From the NCBI GenBank assembly GCA_024137785.1, contig JAHRHZ010000250.1:1408515-1472514 (forward strand): a stretch of DNA of 64,000 nt, written 5' to 3'. This stretch comes from Ginglymostoma cirratum (lineage: Eukaryota). The position numbers and the translations under genes were made by a program. Under the pieces are notes generated by a model. It did not search any database. It saw only the letters and a list, made by a program, of their open reading frames with translations, and was not told where the DNA came from. Shown here piece after piece: positions 1 through 11,589 of the stretch (positions are counted from its first letter, which is position 1; the number at the start of each line of letters is the position of its first letter).

Positions 1-758
1 TGGATGCATTTGGAAATAAATCATCTCAAACCCTGACAAATTATTATGCCAACCATTCTTCAAATTCTTTCCATGAGAAATCCTGGAATGTTGCGTGTTG
101 GACTCGCCAAAAATACATTTCATGCCTTAGAAATTGAACAATGTCCATGTTCTTTGGAGGCCTCTCGTAACTCTATGTTTTCGAACTGCTGATGCAACTA
201 TTGCATGACTCAGCTTCGAAAACAGAAGTTCACGTGTGTGTTCCTTCATTTTCTTGAAAGCGACAGATAACCTTGAAAATACCACAATATCTATCTTGGA
301 CCATAGTGTAAGACGTGAGGGAGGAATAACTCAATCTGCGTATAATTCTCCACAATTGTGCATGGCACCAGATTGGAAAGATTTTTTTCCACGGATTAAT
401 ACATCCATAATACAGTGAATGGAAATTATTACAAGTGACACTGGATAGTAATATGGAATCTGAAAGTGAAATTGAGAATAGTAATGCCTATTTTCACATT
501 TCTCATCAAAAGGTGAACGATGAAATATTTTTGTGTTCCTGTAGTGAGAAATGCCCAATTTGGCAACAGAATGCAATGACCAAGAACCAGAGCTGAATTA
601 TAAATTAAACAATACTTACACAGAAATGAGGCATATAACAAATGTTATTTTATTCTTATTTCTCCTGTCATGTGTAGTATGTTGTCATTGCTTTCCAGAT
701 GTAACTTTGATACACGGGAGAAACAATACAGTTCATTACATCTTAAAATATTTTTTAG

Positions 759-940
759 TGTGCAACAATAAATCTGGACAATTGCACTCACTGCAGAACT
801 CCCAGCTTTAAGAAGCCAACGGTAATTTGATTGGTCAAATTTAAATGTGCTGCTCTTCACCAATCAGAACTTAAGATGTGGTTGGGGATCCGGACAGCCC
901 CTTCACTACCCAGACACCATCACGTCCGATCACGCACAGA
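759..940 (+). promoter_or_regulatory. Promoter module of variable exon V1
   Basis: TGTGCAACAATAAAT (759), CCAGCTTTAAGAA (802), TGATTGGT (828), CACCAATCAGAA (858), GGGGATCCGGACAGCCCCTT (884). The same ordered motifs recur upstream of all seven variable exons. Confidence 0.8.
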
Positions 941-1163
941 GATAAAATTGGATTGCAAGCGGCTCGTTCGGAATTGTTCACGAATCCACTCGACATTGAG
1001 AAAAAATAGAAGACTTAAATGGTAGAATCCTAGCGATTCGTGAAATGTTCAGGTATTTACTACGGCGCAGTATCTTTCGAAATAAAAGCATTGATACAAC
1101 TATAAAGAGAATAATTAATGCTGCGGGTACATGCTGAAATAAAGGTAATGTTTGACTCTGGAA

Positions 1164-3632
1164 ATGAGATATAAAATATTTTGGCTTCTGAAATGCCAAT
1201 TCTTGTACTGCATATTCTTTTCTTGGAACCTAGTGTTTGGACAGATTCGCTACTCAATTCCTGAAGAACTGCAACTCGGCGCCTTTGTTGGGAATATCGC
1301 TGAGGATCTCAGCTTAGATGTAAAGCAGCTCTCGGCTCGCAATTTACGAATAGTAGCCGGGTCCAAAACACAACATGTGGATATAAATTTGGACATTGGC
1401 ATTTTAATGGTGACGAAAACAATTGACAGAGAGGTGATTTGCGGACCGAGCCTTAGTTGTGTGCTGAGCTTCAACGTTTTCCTTGAAAACCCTTTAAAGC
1501 TGTACCAGGTTGCAGTGAAGATTCTCGACGTAAATGACAATGCTCCTAGTTTCCCAAATACACAATTCCGCCTAGAAATCTCAGAGCTTTCTGTTCCTGG
1601 AACGCGCTTTCCACTCGAGCCCGCGCACGATCTGGACGTTGGAACCAACTCCGTGCAAACCTATGAGCTCCTTCCGAACGATTATTTTATTCTCGATGTA
1701 CAGATGCGCAGTGGTAATGTAAAATCCCCGGTATTAGTGCTGCAGAGTCCTTTGGATAGAGAAGCAGAAACCAGCCACAAATTAACGTTGATAGCCAAGG
1801 ACGGCGGAGTGCCCATGAGATCGGGCATGGTTCAGATCTCGATAATTGTAAATGATGCAAACGACAATGCTCCCGTCTTCTCCCAGTCAGTTTACAGAGT
1901 CAGTCTGTTAGAGAATGTAGCCACAGGAACGCAGGTAATCATATTAAATGCCACTGACTTGGACGATGGTCCCAATGGAGAGATAAGCTACTCATTTGGT
2001 AGTCATACTTCAGCTACAGTTCGCGAACTATTTGGCGTGGATTCTCAGACCGGTGAAATCAGAGTGAAACGTAGATTGGATTATGAAGAAAACATTGTCT
2101 TTGAGTTAAACATTCAGGCTACAGACGGAGGTTCTGACGCTATGTCGGGGCACTGTGATGTTTTGGTAAATATTATTGATGTGAATGATAACCCACCTGA
2201 GGTGACTTTGACGTCTTTATCGACCACAATTTCCGAAAATGTAGCAAGTGGGACTGTAGTCGCTCTGTTCGCTGCGGCAGATAAAGATTCGGGCCCAAAC
2301 GGGCAGGTACAATGTCAAGTTTCAAATAAATTGCCATTTAAGCTGAATTCTTCTTTAAAGAATTATTATGGAATACTTGTTCATCATCCACTGGATCGTG
2401 AAAATACCTCCAAGTATGACGTTACAATAACATGTTCGGATGCAGGAAATCCTCCACTTACATCTGAGAAAAGCATTCGGGTGGAGGTATCCGATGTAAA
2501 TGACAACGCGCCGCAGTTCAGTCAGTCTGTGTTTACAGCAAGCATAATGGAGAATAATGATATTGGCGCTTCTATATTTTCTGCTACAGCCTTTGATCCC
2601 GATGTTGGACTGAACGCAAAACTGAAATACGTTATTCTGGAGACTCAAATTCAGAACGCCTCGGTACTCGATTACATCTCTATTAACCCGGACACTGGTG
2701 TCATATTCGCTCAAAGATCTTTTGACTATGAGCAACTGAAAAACTTTCAGATTCAAGCTCAGGTCGTGGACTTTGGGACGCCATCACTCGCAAGTAATGT
2801 TTCAGTGGATGTGATTATCCTGGATCAAAATGACAATATTCCAGTCATCGTGCAGCCATTAGCCGAATTTGGGTCAACAGCAGTTGATACGATATCCAGG
2901 TTTGCAGAACCAGGCTATTTGGTTGCCAAGGTATCCGCCACTGACGCTGACGCCGGTCAGAACGCACGCCTTTCTTATTCCATTTTTAAAGCTACCCAAC
3001 ATAACCTTTTCACTATTTCGCCAGACACTGGGGAAATTTGGACAATCCGTCGTTTCGTTACTAAAGATGCCTCTCAGCAAAGGTTGGTCATTCTGGTAAA
3101 AGATAATGGATCGCCATCTCTTTCTGCTTCAGTGACCATTATCTTAACTGTAATAGGTGATGACGCTGACACATTTTCCACCGTCAGTGGTTCATCTGAA
3201 GACCTCGGGTTTAGTCCTGATCTGAGCCTTCCCTTGGTCATCGCATTAGGAAGCGTTTCTGCCATTTTACTCGTGATTTTAATCATTCTCGCTGTGAAGG
3301 TTCATAAAAGCAGGAATGCACAGAGTGGTCAGCACTGTTCCCTGGGAGTTTGTTGCTGCCTTGAAACCGGCCATTCACTGAATGGAATTCAAAAAGCCAG
3401 TAGAAACCTTCAGATTCCTTCAAATTACGTTGAGGTATTCGGTGGTGACCCACTTTCTCAGAGTTTCCGTTATGAGTCATGTTCAACATTGCAGTCAACA
3501 AGGAGAGACTTCATCATCCCCAACAGATACAAGTCACCCACGGACAAAACGTGCGCCCAGAATGATCATGTTGGGAAACAAGGTTCAGAGTTGCTGCATA
3601 CTGAGATGTTCAGCAACACTTTGAACAATAAG
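1164..3632 (+). CDS. Clustered protocadherin variable exon V1 (signal peptide, EC1-EC6, TM, variable cytoplasmic domain; 823 codons), spliced to constant exons
   Basis: ORF 1152..3704 with first ATG at 1164. QIRYSIPEE N-terminus, EC1 C-X5-C (CGPSLSC), repeated DRE/DYE, AxDxG and DxNDNxP motifs, hydrophobic TM, phase-0 donor AAG|GTGAGA at 3632/3633. Confidence 0.95.
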
Positions 3633-3679
3633 GTGAGACCATTCGAAAATGGGAATAAGCTCCTTGCCGCTTTAATTTT

Positions 3680-4290
3680 TCTTTTATTCTTTGAAGCAAT
3701 GTGAGCATCACTGTTTGGCCAACACTTTTGTATGGTCCCAGTTGCCCTGAAGAAGGTGGTTTCTAGGTTCCTTCTCGAACTGATATCTTCCATGTGACAT
3801 TGGTACTTTCAGACTGCATTTAGGAAGGGAATGGCATGACGACTCTACTACAGTTTTGAAACCTTGTTATACAACTATGTCAGGACAGTCTATGCCTTGT
3901 CCAGTTGTTTTTTTGTGTGTGTCTATTATTCTTGCCCTTGTAGGTGCTGTTAGTCATGTGTTTGCAATGAATATCACAGAAGCCTTGGTGTGTTGCTGCA
4001 GTGTATTTTGCAGATGATGCACACTACTGCCACTGTGCATTGACGGTAGAGGCAGTAGATATTGAAGACATTACGTGGTGTTCCAGTTAAACAGCCTGCT
4101 TGTTTCTGCTTGGCATTGAGTATCTTAATTGTTGTTGGCTATGCATACCTCCAGGTAAATGGTGCTCATTCCATCACACTCCGAATCTGTACTTTAAAAA
4201 TTCCGAACTGGTCTGAGGAGTCAAGTGGTGAAATACTTATCAAGAATCATTGGTTCTGATCTTCACTTGTAGTCACCATACTTGTCTAAT
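3680..4290 (-). mobile_element. Decayed 3' fragment of an L2/CR1-group LINE
   Basis: Colinear similarity with the copies at 4722-5300 and 12418-13092, including the shared 3' tail. Confidence 0.6.
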
Positions 4291-4319
4291 TGTCGTTGTC
4301 ACTTCACTCAGTTGGCATG

Positions 4320-4515
4320 ATAGCAGGTTGTTAATTCAAGGTAACGTCAACAGGCATTCCACACCTGCATTTGTGAGGTTACCATGGATGGAATCTCCTT
4401 ATTAATCTCTCAGTCACCTGAGGTGTGGTGATCTTTAGATTAAACTGTGGCCACTCATCCCTACCATTTGAGAGAGCAGTTCTGAGGATCAGTAGCACTA
4501 TGGCAACTTTATTCT
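4320..4515 (+). mobile_element. Decayed SINE (same family as 59453-59662)
   Basis: Shares cctga-tgt-gtgatc-ttag-ttaa-ctg ... ctatgg-ac blocks with 59453-59662. Confidence 0.45.
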
Positions 4516-4721
4516 TCACCATTTCAATTTCTGGCCGATTGGTAAAAAACAAGAGTTTGATGCTTGGATGCGTAAAACTTTGGGTAAATGTATCATTCCA
4601 ACACTGAGAATAAGACTGTTTATTTAATACAGAAACATACATATTTAGTTTCCTGCGTAATAAACATTTTTTCTCAAAATTCCCAATTTACTTCTATGTG
4701 GTGGTGTCTCCAGGAGTTGTT

Positions 4722-5300
4722 TATTTTTATTCACTCCTGGGACATGAGTGTCACTGGCTGGGCAGCATTTATTGCCCCTCCGTGTTGCCCTTCCGAGGGT
4801 GCTAGCAAGCTGCCCCCTTGAACCACTGCAGCCCATTTGATGTAGGTTGACCCATAATGCCGTTATGGAAATATTCCAGGATCTTGATCCAGCGATTGCA
4901 ATATCTTTTTCCAAACCAGGATGATGAGTGGCTTGGAGAGGAACTTTTCGGTGGTGTTGTTCCCATGTATCTGCTGTCCTTATATTTCTACATGGAATAG
5001 ATCACGGATTTCGAACATCTTGTCTGGGATCTTTAGTGAATTTCTGCAGAGCATATTATCGAGAGTGCACACTACTGCTGCTGAGCATTGATGGTGGAAG
5101 GAGTAGATACTTGTGGATATGGTGCCAATAAAGTGGACTGCTTTGTCCTGTACGGTGTCAAGATTTTTGAATGTTGTTAGGGTAGCAACCATCCAGGTAA
5201 GTGTGGAATAGTCTGTGACACTCCTGAATCGGGCCATGTAGATGGTGGGCAGGCTTTGGGGAGTCACGGAGTGAATTATTTCCTAGTGTCTAACCTACCC
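4722..5300 (-). mobile_element. L2/CR1-group LINE 3' fragment (ORF2 C-terminal remnant)
   Basis: Minus ORF 4980..5267 (TIYMARFRSVTDYSTLTWMVATLTTFKNLDTVQDKAVHFIG...SFHHQCSAAVVCTL) resembles the post-RT region of LINE ORF2 (YKxxVRSxMEYxxxxW...LDxIQxKAxRLI). Its tail is shared with the SINE at 56650. Confidence 0.75.
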
Positions 5301-5329
5301 TTTTTACAATCTACAATTTAAAATTACCT

Positions 5330-5846
5330 TGTTATAAAAAGGATATTATTAAGTTAGAGAGGATTCAACTGATATTTACAAGGATGTTGCCAGGAATGAA
5401 GAGTATGGGCTATTAGGAGAAACTGGATCAGCGGGGCCCTTTTTCCACAGGATATTGACAGGATGTTGACAGTGACATTTCAGAGGCTTATAAAATGATG
5501 AAGGGTCTAGATAAGGTGAATAGAAGTTGTATTTTCACGAGGGTGGGAGTTTTAAAGGATGGGTGCTGATTTTTAAGATGTGTGGGAAAAGATTTTAAAA
5601 ATTTATTAGGGGTCTTTTTTAACACAGAGAGTGGTTCATGTGTGAAATGGAATTCCAGAGGAAGTGCTGAATGCGGGTACAGTTACAATGTTTGAAAGGC
5701 ATTTAAATAAGTGCACGAATAAGGCATGTTTGGGGGTATATGGGTCTTAAGTAGGCAGGTGGACCTATTTTAGTTTGGTATTATGGTCGGCATGGAATGG
5801 TTGGAGTGAAGGGTCTGTTTCAGTGCTGTATGACTCTTTGACTCTA
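5330..5846 (+). mobile_element. CR1-type (HER1-like) LINE 3' end
   Basis: Typical CR1 3' ORF2/UTR (tttacaaggatgttgccagga ... acacagagagtggtt ... gaagggtctgtttcagtgctgtatgactct) ending in a (tgactct)n-like tail. Paralogous to 35550-35938. Confidence 0.75.
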
Positions 5847-5959
5847 CTGTGATTAAATGTAATTCCAGTACGTTGTGAAGTCGTGTTTAGCAATTTCTCT
5901 ATCGTCCATATCATTTTAGGATTCTTTTTAAATTCATAGTCTTTTATCTATAAGCATTG

Positions 5960-6240
5960 AAATTGTGGACACTACAAAGAACAGCAGCAAGCCATTTGAT
6001 CCACCATGACTGTATCAACACATAAGGCCTTGCTAAACTAAAAAGAAAGTTTGCCTCTACGTGGATTGTATCCTACTGTACTCTGCCGACTCTTATATCT
6101 GTCAAGATGCTTCTTAAACTTTGCTGTTGTATCCACCTCTACCACCTTAACTGATAGCGCAGCCCAGGCACTTACCATCCATTGTGTGGAAAGCCTGTTT
6201 CTCACATCTCCTTTGAACTTACTCCGCTTCCTTAAACCTA
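5960..6240 (-). mobile_element. CR1-type LINE 3' fragment
   Basis: Minus ORF 6038..6313 contains FKGDVRNRLSTQWMVSAWAAL..KVVEVDTTAKFKKHLDRY, the characteristic CR1 ORF2 C-terminus. Confidence 0.7.
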
Positions 6241-6376
6241 CGTTCCCTAGTAATTTACATTTGTACTGTGGAGAACAAACTCTGACTATCCATTCTCTCC
6301 CTGCCTCAACCATTACTTACACTCTCTAACCATTTGTATTGTAACTGTGGCAAAGACATCTCGGCTTAGATGTATC

Positions 6377-6593
6377 AGAGATAATAGGTACTGCAGATGC
6401 TGGAGAATCCGAGATAACAAGGTATGCACCTGGATGAACACTGCAGGCCAAGCAGCATCATAGGAGCAGGAAAGTTTGACGTTTCGTGCCTAGACCCTTC
6501 CTCAGAAATTTTTCCTCAGAAACGTCAAGCTTTCCTGCTCCTGTGATACTGCTTGGCCTGCTGTGTTCATCCAGCTCCACACCTTGTTATCTT
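6377..6593. mobile_element. Palindromic (hairpin) Penelope-like-derived element with 14-bp flanking direct repeat
   Basis: Inverted arms gagataacaagg...aggaaagtttgacgtttc / gaaacgtcaagctttcct...ccttgttatct. GGCTTAGATGTATC occurs at 6363-6376 and 6594-6607. Hammerhead-like core on minus at 6478-6508. Confidence 0.75.
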
Positions 6594-7174
6594 GGCTTAG
6601 ATGTATCCACACAAGTACAGAGTGTGGCCTTTGACAGCAGGATTGCAGTCCCAAAAAGAGTCTATAAAGTAGTTATGTAAAGACTGGATTTGGAATAGAT
6701 CCAAACAAATAAGATTTGAACTTGCTGAGGGCTCTGACAGAAATTCCTATCCCTGCCATTGTTTCCAGAAAAAGAAGTCAAGCAAAATCAATGCATCATC
6801 TTGATAGTTTTGGAAATGCCCTATACATACAAATACATTATCTTGCGTCTGTATAAATGCAATCGCAAGCTTACATTGAAGCAATTAATGGTTCATGCAT
6901 TAGTTTAAGTCATTTCTTCAAAACATTGTCGTTTATTATAGCATGCCGTAAACAGTAAATCCCACTATTGCATGCATGGTGAGCATTAGTATGAATTGAG
7001 AGGTTACATCGTGTATTTTCATATTGGTTAGAGTACAAACTCGACCAGGCCTGTTTTCTCACCCCGTACACAACCCCTACACTTTCTCTACTGCCATCTA
7101 TTCCCCAGCCCGTCAAGAATACAAAACCAGTCATAATGCACCTTGCAGTTGACACTGAAATTATATTTAAATAA

Positions 7175-7392
7175 TATCAAAATGCGTGAGAGCAACTTAG
7201 GAGATCTAGTTGCAGCTGAGGAGAGAGAAAAGCAGAGTTCATGCTTTGAGTCCAATGTGACTCTCTGTTGAACGCTCCACAAAAACTTAAAACATTAATT
7301 CTGTTTCTGTCTCTGAAGATTTTCTGAAGTTTTCCAATATATTTTGCTTTTAATTCAGATCTCCAGCAACCACAATATTTTACCTTTTATTC
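7175..7392. repeat. Degenerate palindromic Penelope-like-derived repeat
   Basis: Decayed inverted arms of the same type as 50505-50740 and 62355-62480. Confidence 0.45.
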
Positions 7393-7707
7393 CATGGTAA
7401 AAACACTTCTCAGACTTTTCTTAACTTCAAGTGATCCTGTTCGTGTGTCATAGAATGTTGCTACTGTAGACGAGTAAGTAATAAGTATTAAATGTTCACA
7501 AGTTGATGGTTAATTTCAGTTAGGCATATTTAAATGCTGAAGCACAAGAAAATCACTGGCTACCATAATAAGTAGGGTCTAAAGAAATGTGCTTAGTAGA
7601 AGGAGGAGGTAATACTGATCTGGTTATTCACTACGGAACATCTCACAAGTAACATTTTAGGAAAGGGAACGAAAGTTATGACTGAAATAAAAGGATCTTA
7701 ATTTTAA

Positions 7708-7880
7708 TTGCACAACCATAAATGTTAACTAAAACGATCTGCCAAGTCATTCCAGCTTTAAGAAGTCGTCTGTACGGTGATTGGTTGAACGTGGAGCTCC
7801 CTACTGACCAATCAGAAACTGAAATGTAAGTGGAGATCTTGACTGCCCCCTTGTCTGCTCATACACAATCAGATACAGTG
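7708..7880 (+). promoter_or_regulatory. Promoter module of V2
   Basis: TTGCACAACCATAAAT (7708), CATTCCAGCTTTAAGAA (7748), TGATTGGTTGAA (7778), ACCAATCAGAA (7807), GGAGATCTTGACTGCCCCCTT (7832). Confidence 0.8.
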
Positions 7881-8113
7881 GAGAATGGAATGGCGAGCTA
7901 CGGAGCATTTGTGAGGTTTGTGCGGTTATTGAGATTTTTCAGGAAAAAGGGAATGTTTGCCTGGAAGAATATCAGTGAAGTGGAAAAATTGAACGTATTT
8001 TATGCACTGCAGCGTCGCTTCTCCAAGAAAATGATACATGAAGACCTCGATTTTAAACACCGAATTAACAGCAGCGTACAGCACTGAAGCAATTGGAATG
8101 CTTTGTACTGGCG

Positions 8114-10579
8114 ATGGGATGTTATCAAATATCTTGGTGGTTAACTTGGCAACTGGTGTGTTGTCTATCTCTATTCTGGGCTATGGTTTCTGGACAGATT
8201 CGTTATTCGATTCCCGAGGAGCTACAACCAGGCGCCTTTGTTGGAAATATTGCAGATGATCTCGGAATACGTGCAAAGCAGCTCACGGCTCGCAATTTTC
8301 GTGTTGTGTCTGGTCCCCGGAAGCAGTATTTGGAGGTAAACTTAAACGATGGGAATTTGTTTGTGAAAGAAAAAATTGACAGGGAACAGCTCTGTCGATC
8401 AGGCCTCACTTGCACGTTGTCTTTGGAGGCGGTGATCGAGAATCCCTTGACTGTGTATCACCTTGAAGTGGAGATTCTTGATGTAAACGACAATGCTCCC
8501 AGTTTTCCGAGCAGCCAGTTTCGCCTTAAAATCTCTGAGCTTGCCGCACCGGGAGCGCGCTTTGCCCTGGAGTACGCGCGCGATCCGGACGTTGGAACTA
8601 ATACCCTGCAAACGTACCAGCTAGTTGCTAACGAATATTTCGTATTGAATGTTGATTCGCGAGGAGGGGACGGAAAGTTGCCAGTGTTAGTGCTGGAACG
8701 GGCCTTGGACAGAGAAATACAATCGACCCATCGGTTAGAATTAATTGCCAAGGACGGCGGGGTTCCTCCCAAATCAGGTACTGCTGAAATTATAATTGTC
8801 GTGCAGGATGAGAATGACAACGCACCCACCTTCCCAAACTCAGTTTACAAAATTAATCTGTTAGAAAACTCACCTAAAGGAAAGTTGGTTATTAAACTGA
8901 ATGCTACTGATAAAGATGATGGTTCCAATGGAGAGATATTGTACTCGTTCAGCAGTCATACCTCTGTCAGAGTCCGTGAGCTGTTCGGTGTGGATTCTAA
9001 AACTGGTGAAATCAGAGTTAAAGGGACTTTGGACTATGAAAAAGACAACGCCTTTGAGATTAACATGCAGGCGCTGGACCAGGGAACTAATCCAAATCCC
9101 GGGTACTGCCACATTCTTGTTAACATTATGGATGTGAATGATAACGCACCTGAGGTGACTCTAACTTCGTTGTTCAGTCCTATTAAGGAAGACTCCAAAC
9201 CCGGGACCGTGGTTGCTCTGATCAGTGTATCCGACAAAGATTCAGGAAAGAATGGACGGGTAAGCTGTGAAATAGCAAATAACCTACCATTCAGATTAGA
9301 TTCATCATTAAAGAACTATTACAGGTTGCTGAGTCATCAGCTGCTAGATCGAGAAAATGTCTCGACGTATGACATTAGTATTCGTTGCAGTGATTCAGGA
9401 TCTCCTCCTCTGACATCCAGGAAAACGATTCGCGTGGAAGTCTCGGATACAAACGACAATGCGCCACGCTTTACGCAGACTTTGTACACAGCCCAGGTGA
9501 TGGAGAACAATGCTATTGGGACTTCAATCTTCGCAGTAACAGCTCTTGATCCAGATTTGAACCAAAATGCCCGATTAATCTACTCTATCCTCGACAGCCA
9601 GGTTCAGAACGAGCCGGTGTACACTTATTTGAGTATCAATTCCAAAAATGGGGTGATTTATTCTCAGAGAACTTTTGATTACGAGCAACTGAGAAACTTT
9701 CAGGTTCAAATCCAGGCACGGGACTCTGGAGAGCCACCACTCACCAGCAATACTTCCGTGGATATAATTATTCTGGACCAGAATGACCACGCCCCAGTGA
9801 TCATTCACCCTTCCATGGAGTACGGTTCAACAGCATTGGAGACAGTGTCAAAGTTCGCAGAGCCAGGCTACCTGATCACTAAGGTAACAGCCACGGATGC
9901 TGACTCGGGCCAGAATGCTCGACTGTCTTATCAGATTCTTCAGTGTACTGATCCTGGACTTTTCACTATCTCACTTGATACAGGAGAAATTTGGGCAGTC
10001 CGTGGCTTCACGGGCAGAGATGCAAAGAAACAAACGATAGTCGTGACCGTCAGCGACAATGGAACACCAATGCTCTCTGCCACAATGACTCTTATCTTGT
10101 CAGTGGTGGAGGGCGATGCAGGAATGCTCTCTGATATAAGCAATTTATCTGAAGATTCTGGTTTGTCTAATCACACGAGTTTTTACATAGTTATATTTTT
10201 AGGGAGTATTTCGGCCATTTTCCTACTTGTTTTAATTGCACTTGCAATTGTAGTCCATAAAACCAGAAATGGGTTCGGTGGCCCTCACTGTGCCCTAGAT
10301 TTGTGTTGCTGCTTCCGAGCAAGGAACTCGTTGAATGGGATTCAAAAAGCCAGCAGAAATATTCAGATACCTCCGAACTACATTGAAGTATTTCGGGAAG
10401 ATCCACTGTCTCAGAGTTTCCGCTATGGAACCTGCACGACTTCAGATTTGACCAAAGGAAAGTTCTTGTACTCCAACCAGTGTAGTTCATCCACTGGCAA
10501 GAATAATATCAGCAAGGAATCAATTTGGGGTCAAGAAAAACTACAAGCATCACTTTCTAATTGTAGGAACATTAGTGAG
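8114..10579 (+). CDS. Clustered protocadherin variable exon V2 (822 codons)
   Basis: ORF 8093..10594, ATG 8114. Six cadherin repeats, TM, conserved cytoplasmic motif, phase-0 donor GAG|GTGAGC at 10579/10580. Confidence 0.95.
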
Positions 10580-11589
10580 GTGAGCCAGTTGTAATGCAAC
10601 CTTACTGGTTATGTCTGAACCCACGAATTTCTACTGTAAAACACACTGAAATGTTTTGTTTGGTACGTCTGAGTTGCAGAGATATCTGAACTTTTTTCTT
10701 GTTAGTTCCTGCACATTACATGCAAAGCAAACTCCAACCTCTGAATGGTACTTAGGAGAGTGCTTCCAAATGCAGAAAGGTGAAATTATTTGTAACACTT
10801 AGTGCGGTTTACCCATTGCCTTAGCTCCCATTAATTGTCATGGTGCACTGTACCAAGTCATTGTATGCACACAATACAGGTGTGCTATCATCAAAGATCT
10901 GCCATTAGAAAGATGTATGCTGAGCTCAGTGACAAAGCAACTAATGAACTGTACTGCAGCCTAGTTCAGAAGGATACATATACTTTTGGTAACCGCATCT
11001 ACAGTTATGAAGTCCAGCTCAGTGTCCATAAGTGGAAGATATCTTTTCTTGGTGCAAAAAACAAAATGATAATGTACAAAATAAAACTGCTGAACAACCT
11101 ACTAATCAAATCTATATATCTCTACGGAATCTTATATCCCCACGGTAAAATGTATCACATTTTATATTCAGAATAATATAACAGAAATTTAATTAATTTT
11201 CAAGGGTGTTGGGTGGATTATTTTTCCAAAACATTGTCATTGGAGTGAGAGCATTGCTGGCAAGGTCAGCATTTATTAATCTTCCCTAATTACCTTTGAG
11301 AAGATTGCAGTGATTCTTTCTGATCTATCCAACGCAGTTGTGTACAATTCATTATGGGAAGTATTGGAGCAGAGCAGAGTTTATCAAAAGCGATTTTTTT
11401 TGGACATCAACTGTTTCATATGAAATTGTTAATCAATTTAGAGTGACTTTATTTAAGGATACATATTGTCAGGCAACATAATAGGTTATGGGGGAACCTA
11501 CAATCATAATACACTTAAATTGTTATTCTGGAAATAATTTCAGAAAACAGGACACATCTTCAACGAACATGTTGTAAGAAGGAAGAAAG

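Noticed and set aside
1152-1163. TTG/GTG starts given by the ORF track for the seven long ORFs
   Set aside because: Eukaryotic locus. The first in-frame ATG sits at an equivalent position before the signal peptide in all seven.
1250-1648. Recurrent antisense ORFs at equivalent positions in the variable exons (1250..1648, 8203..8415, 22790..23002, 27088..27294, 32072..32296 and others)
   Set aside because: Shadow frames of conserved cadherin codons. Starts and lengths are inconsistent and there is no independent coding signal.
3633-3704. C-terminal tails of the long ORFs beyond the donor (VRPFENG..., VSQL, VRCLGG..., VRFLFK..., VRHPAAG, VRYCFKREKR)
   Set aside because: Intron read-through after GTGAG donors. 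Unconserved, and the V1 tail ends inside a LINE remnant.
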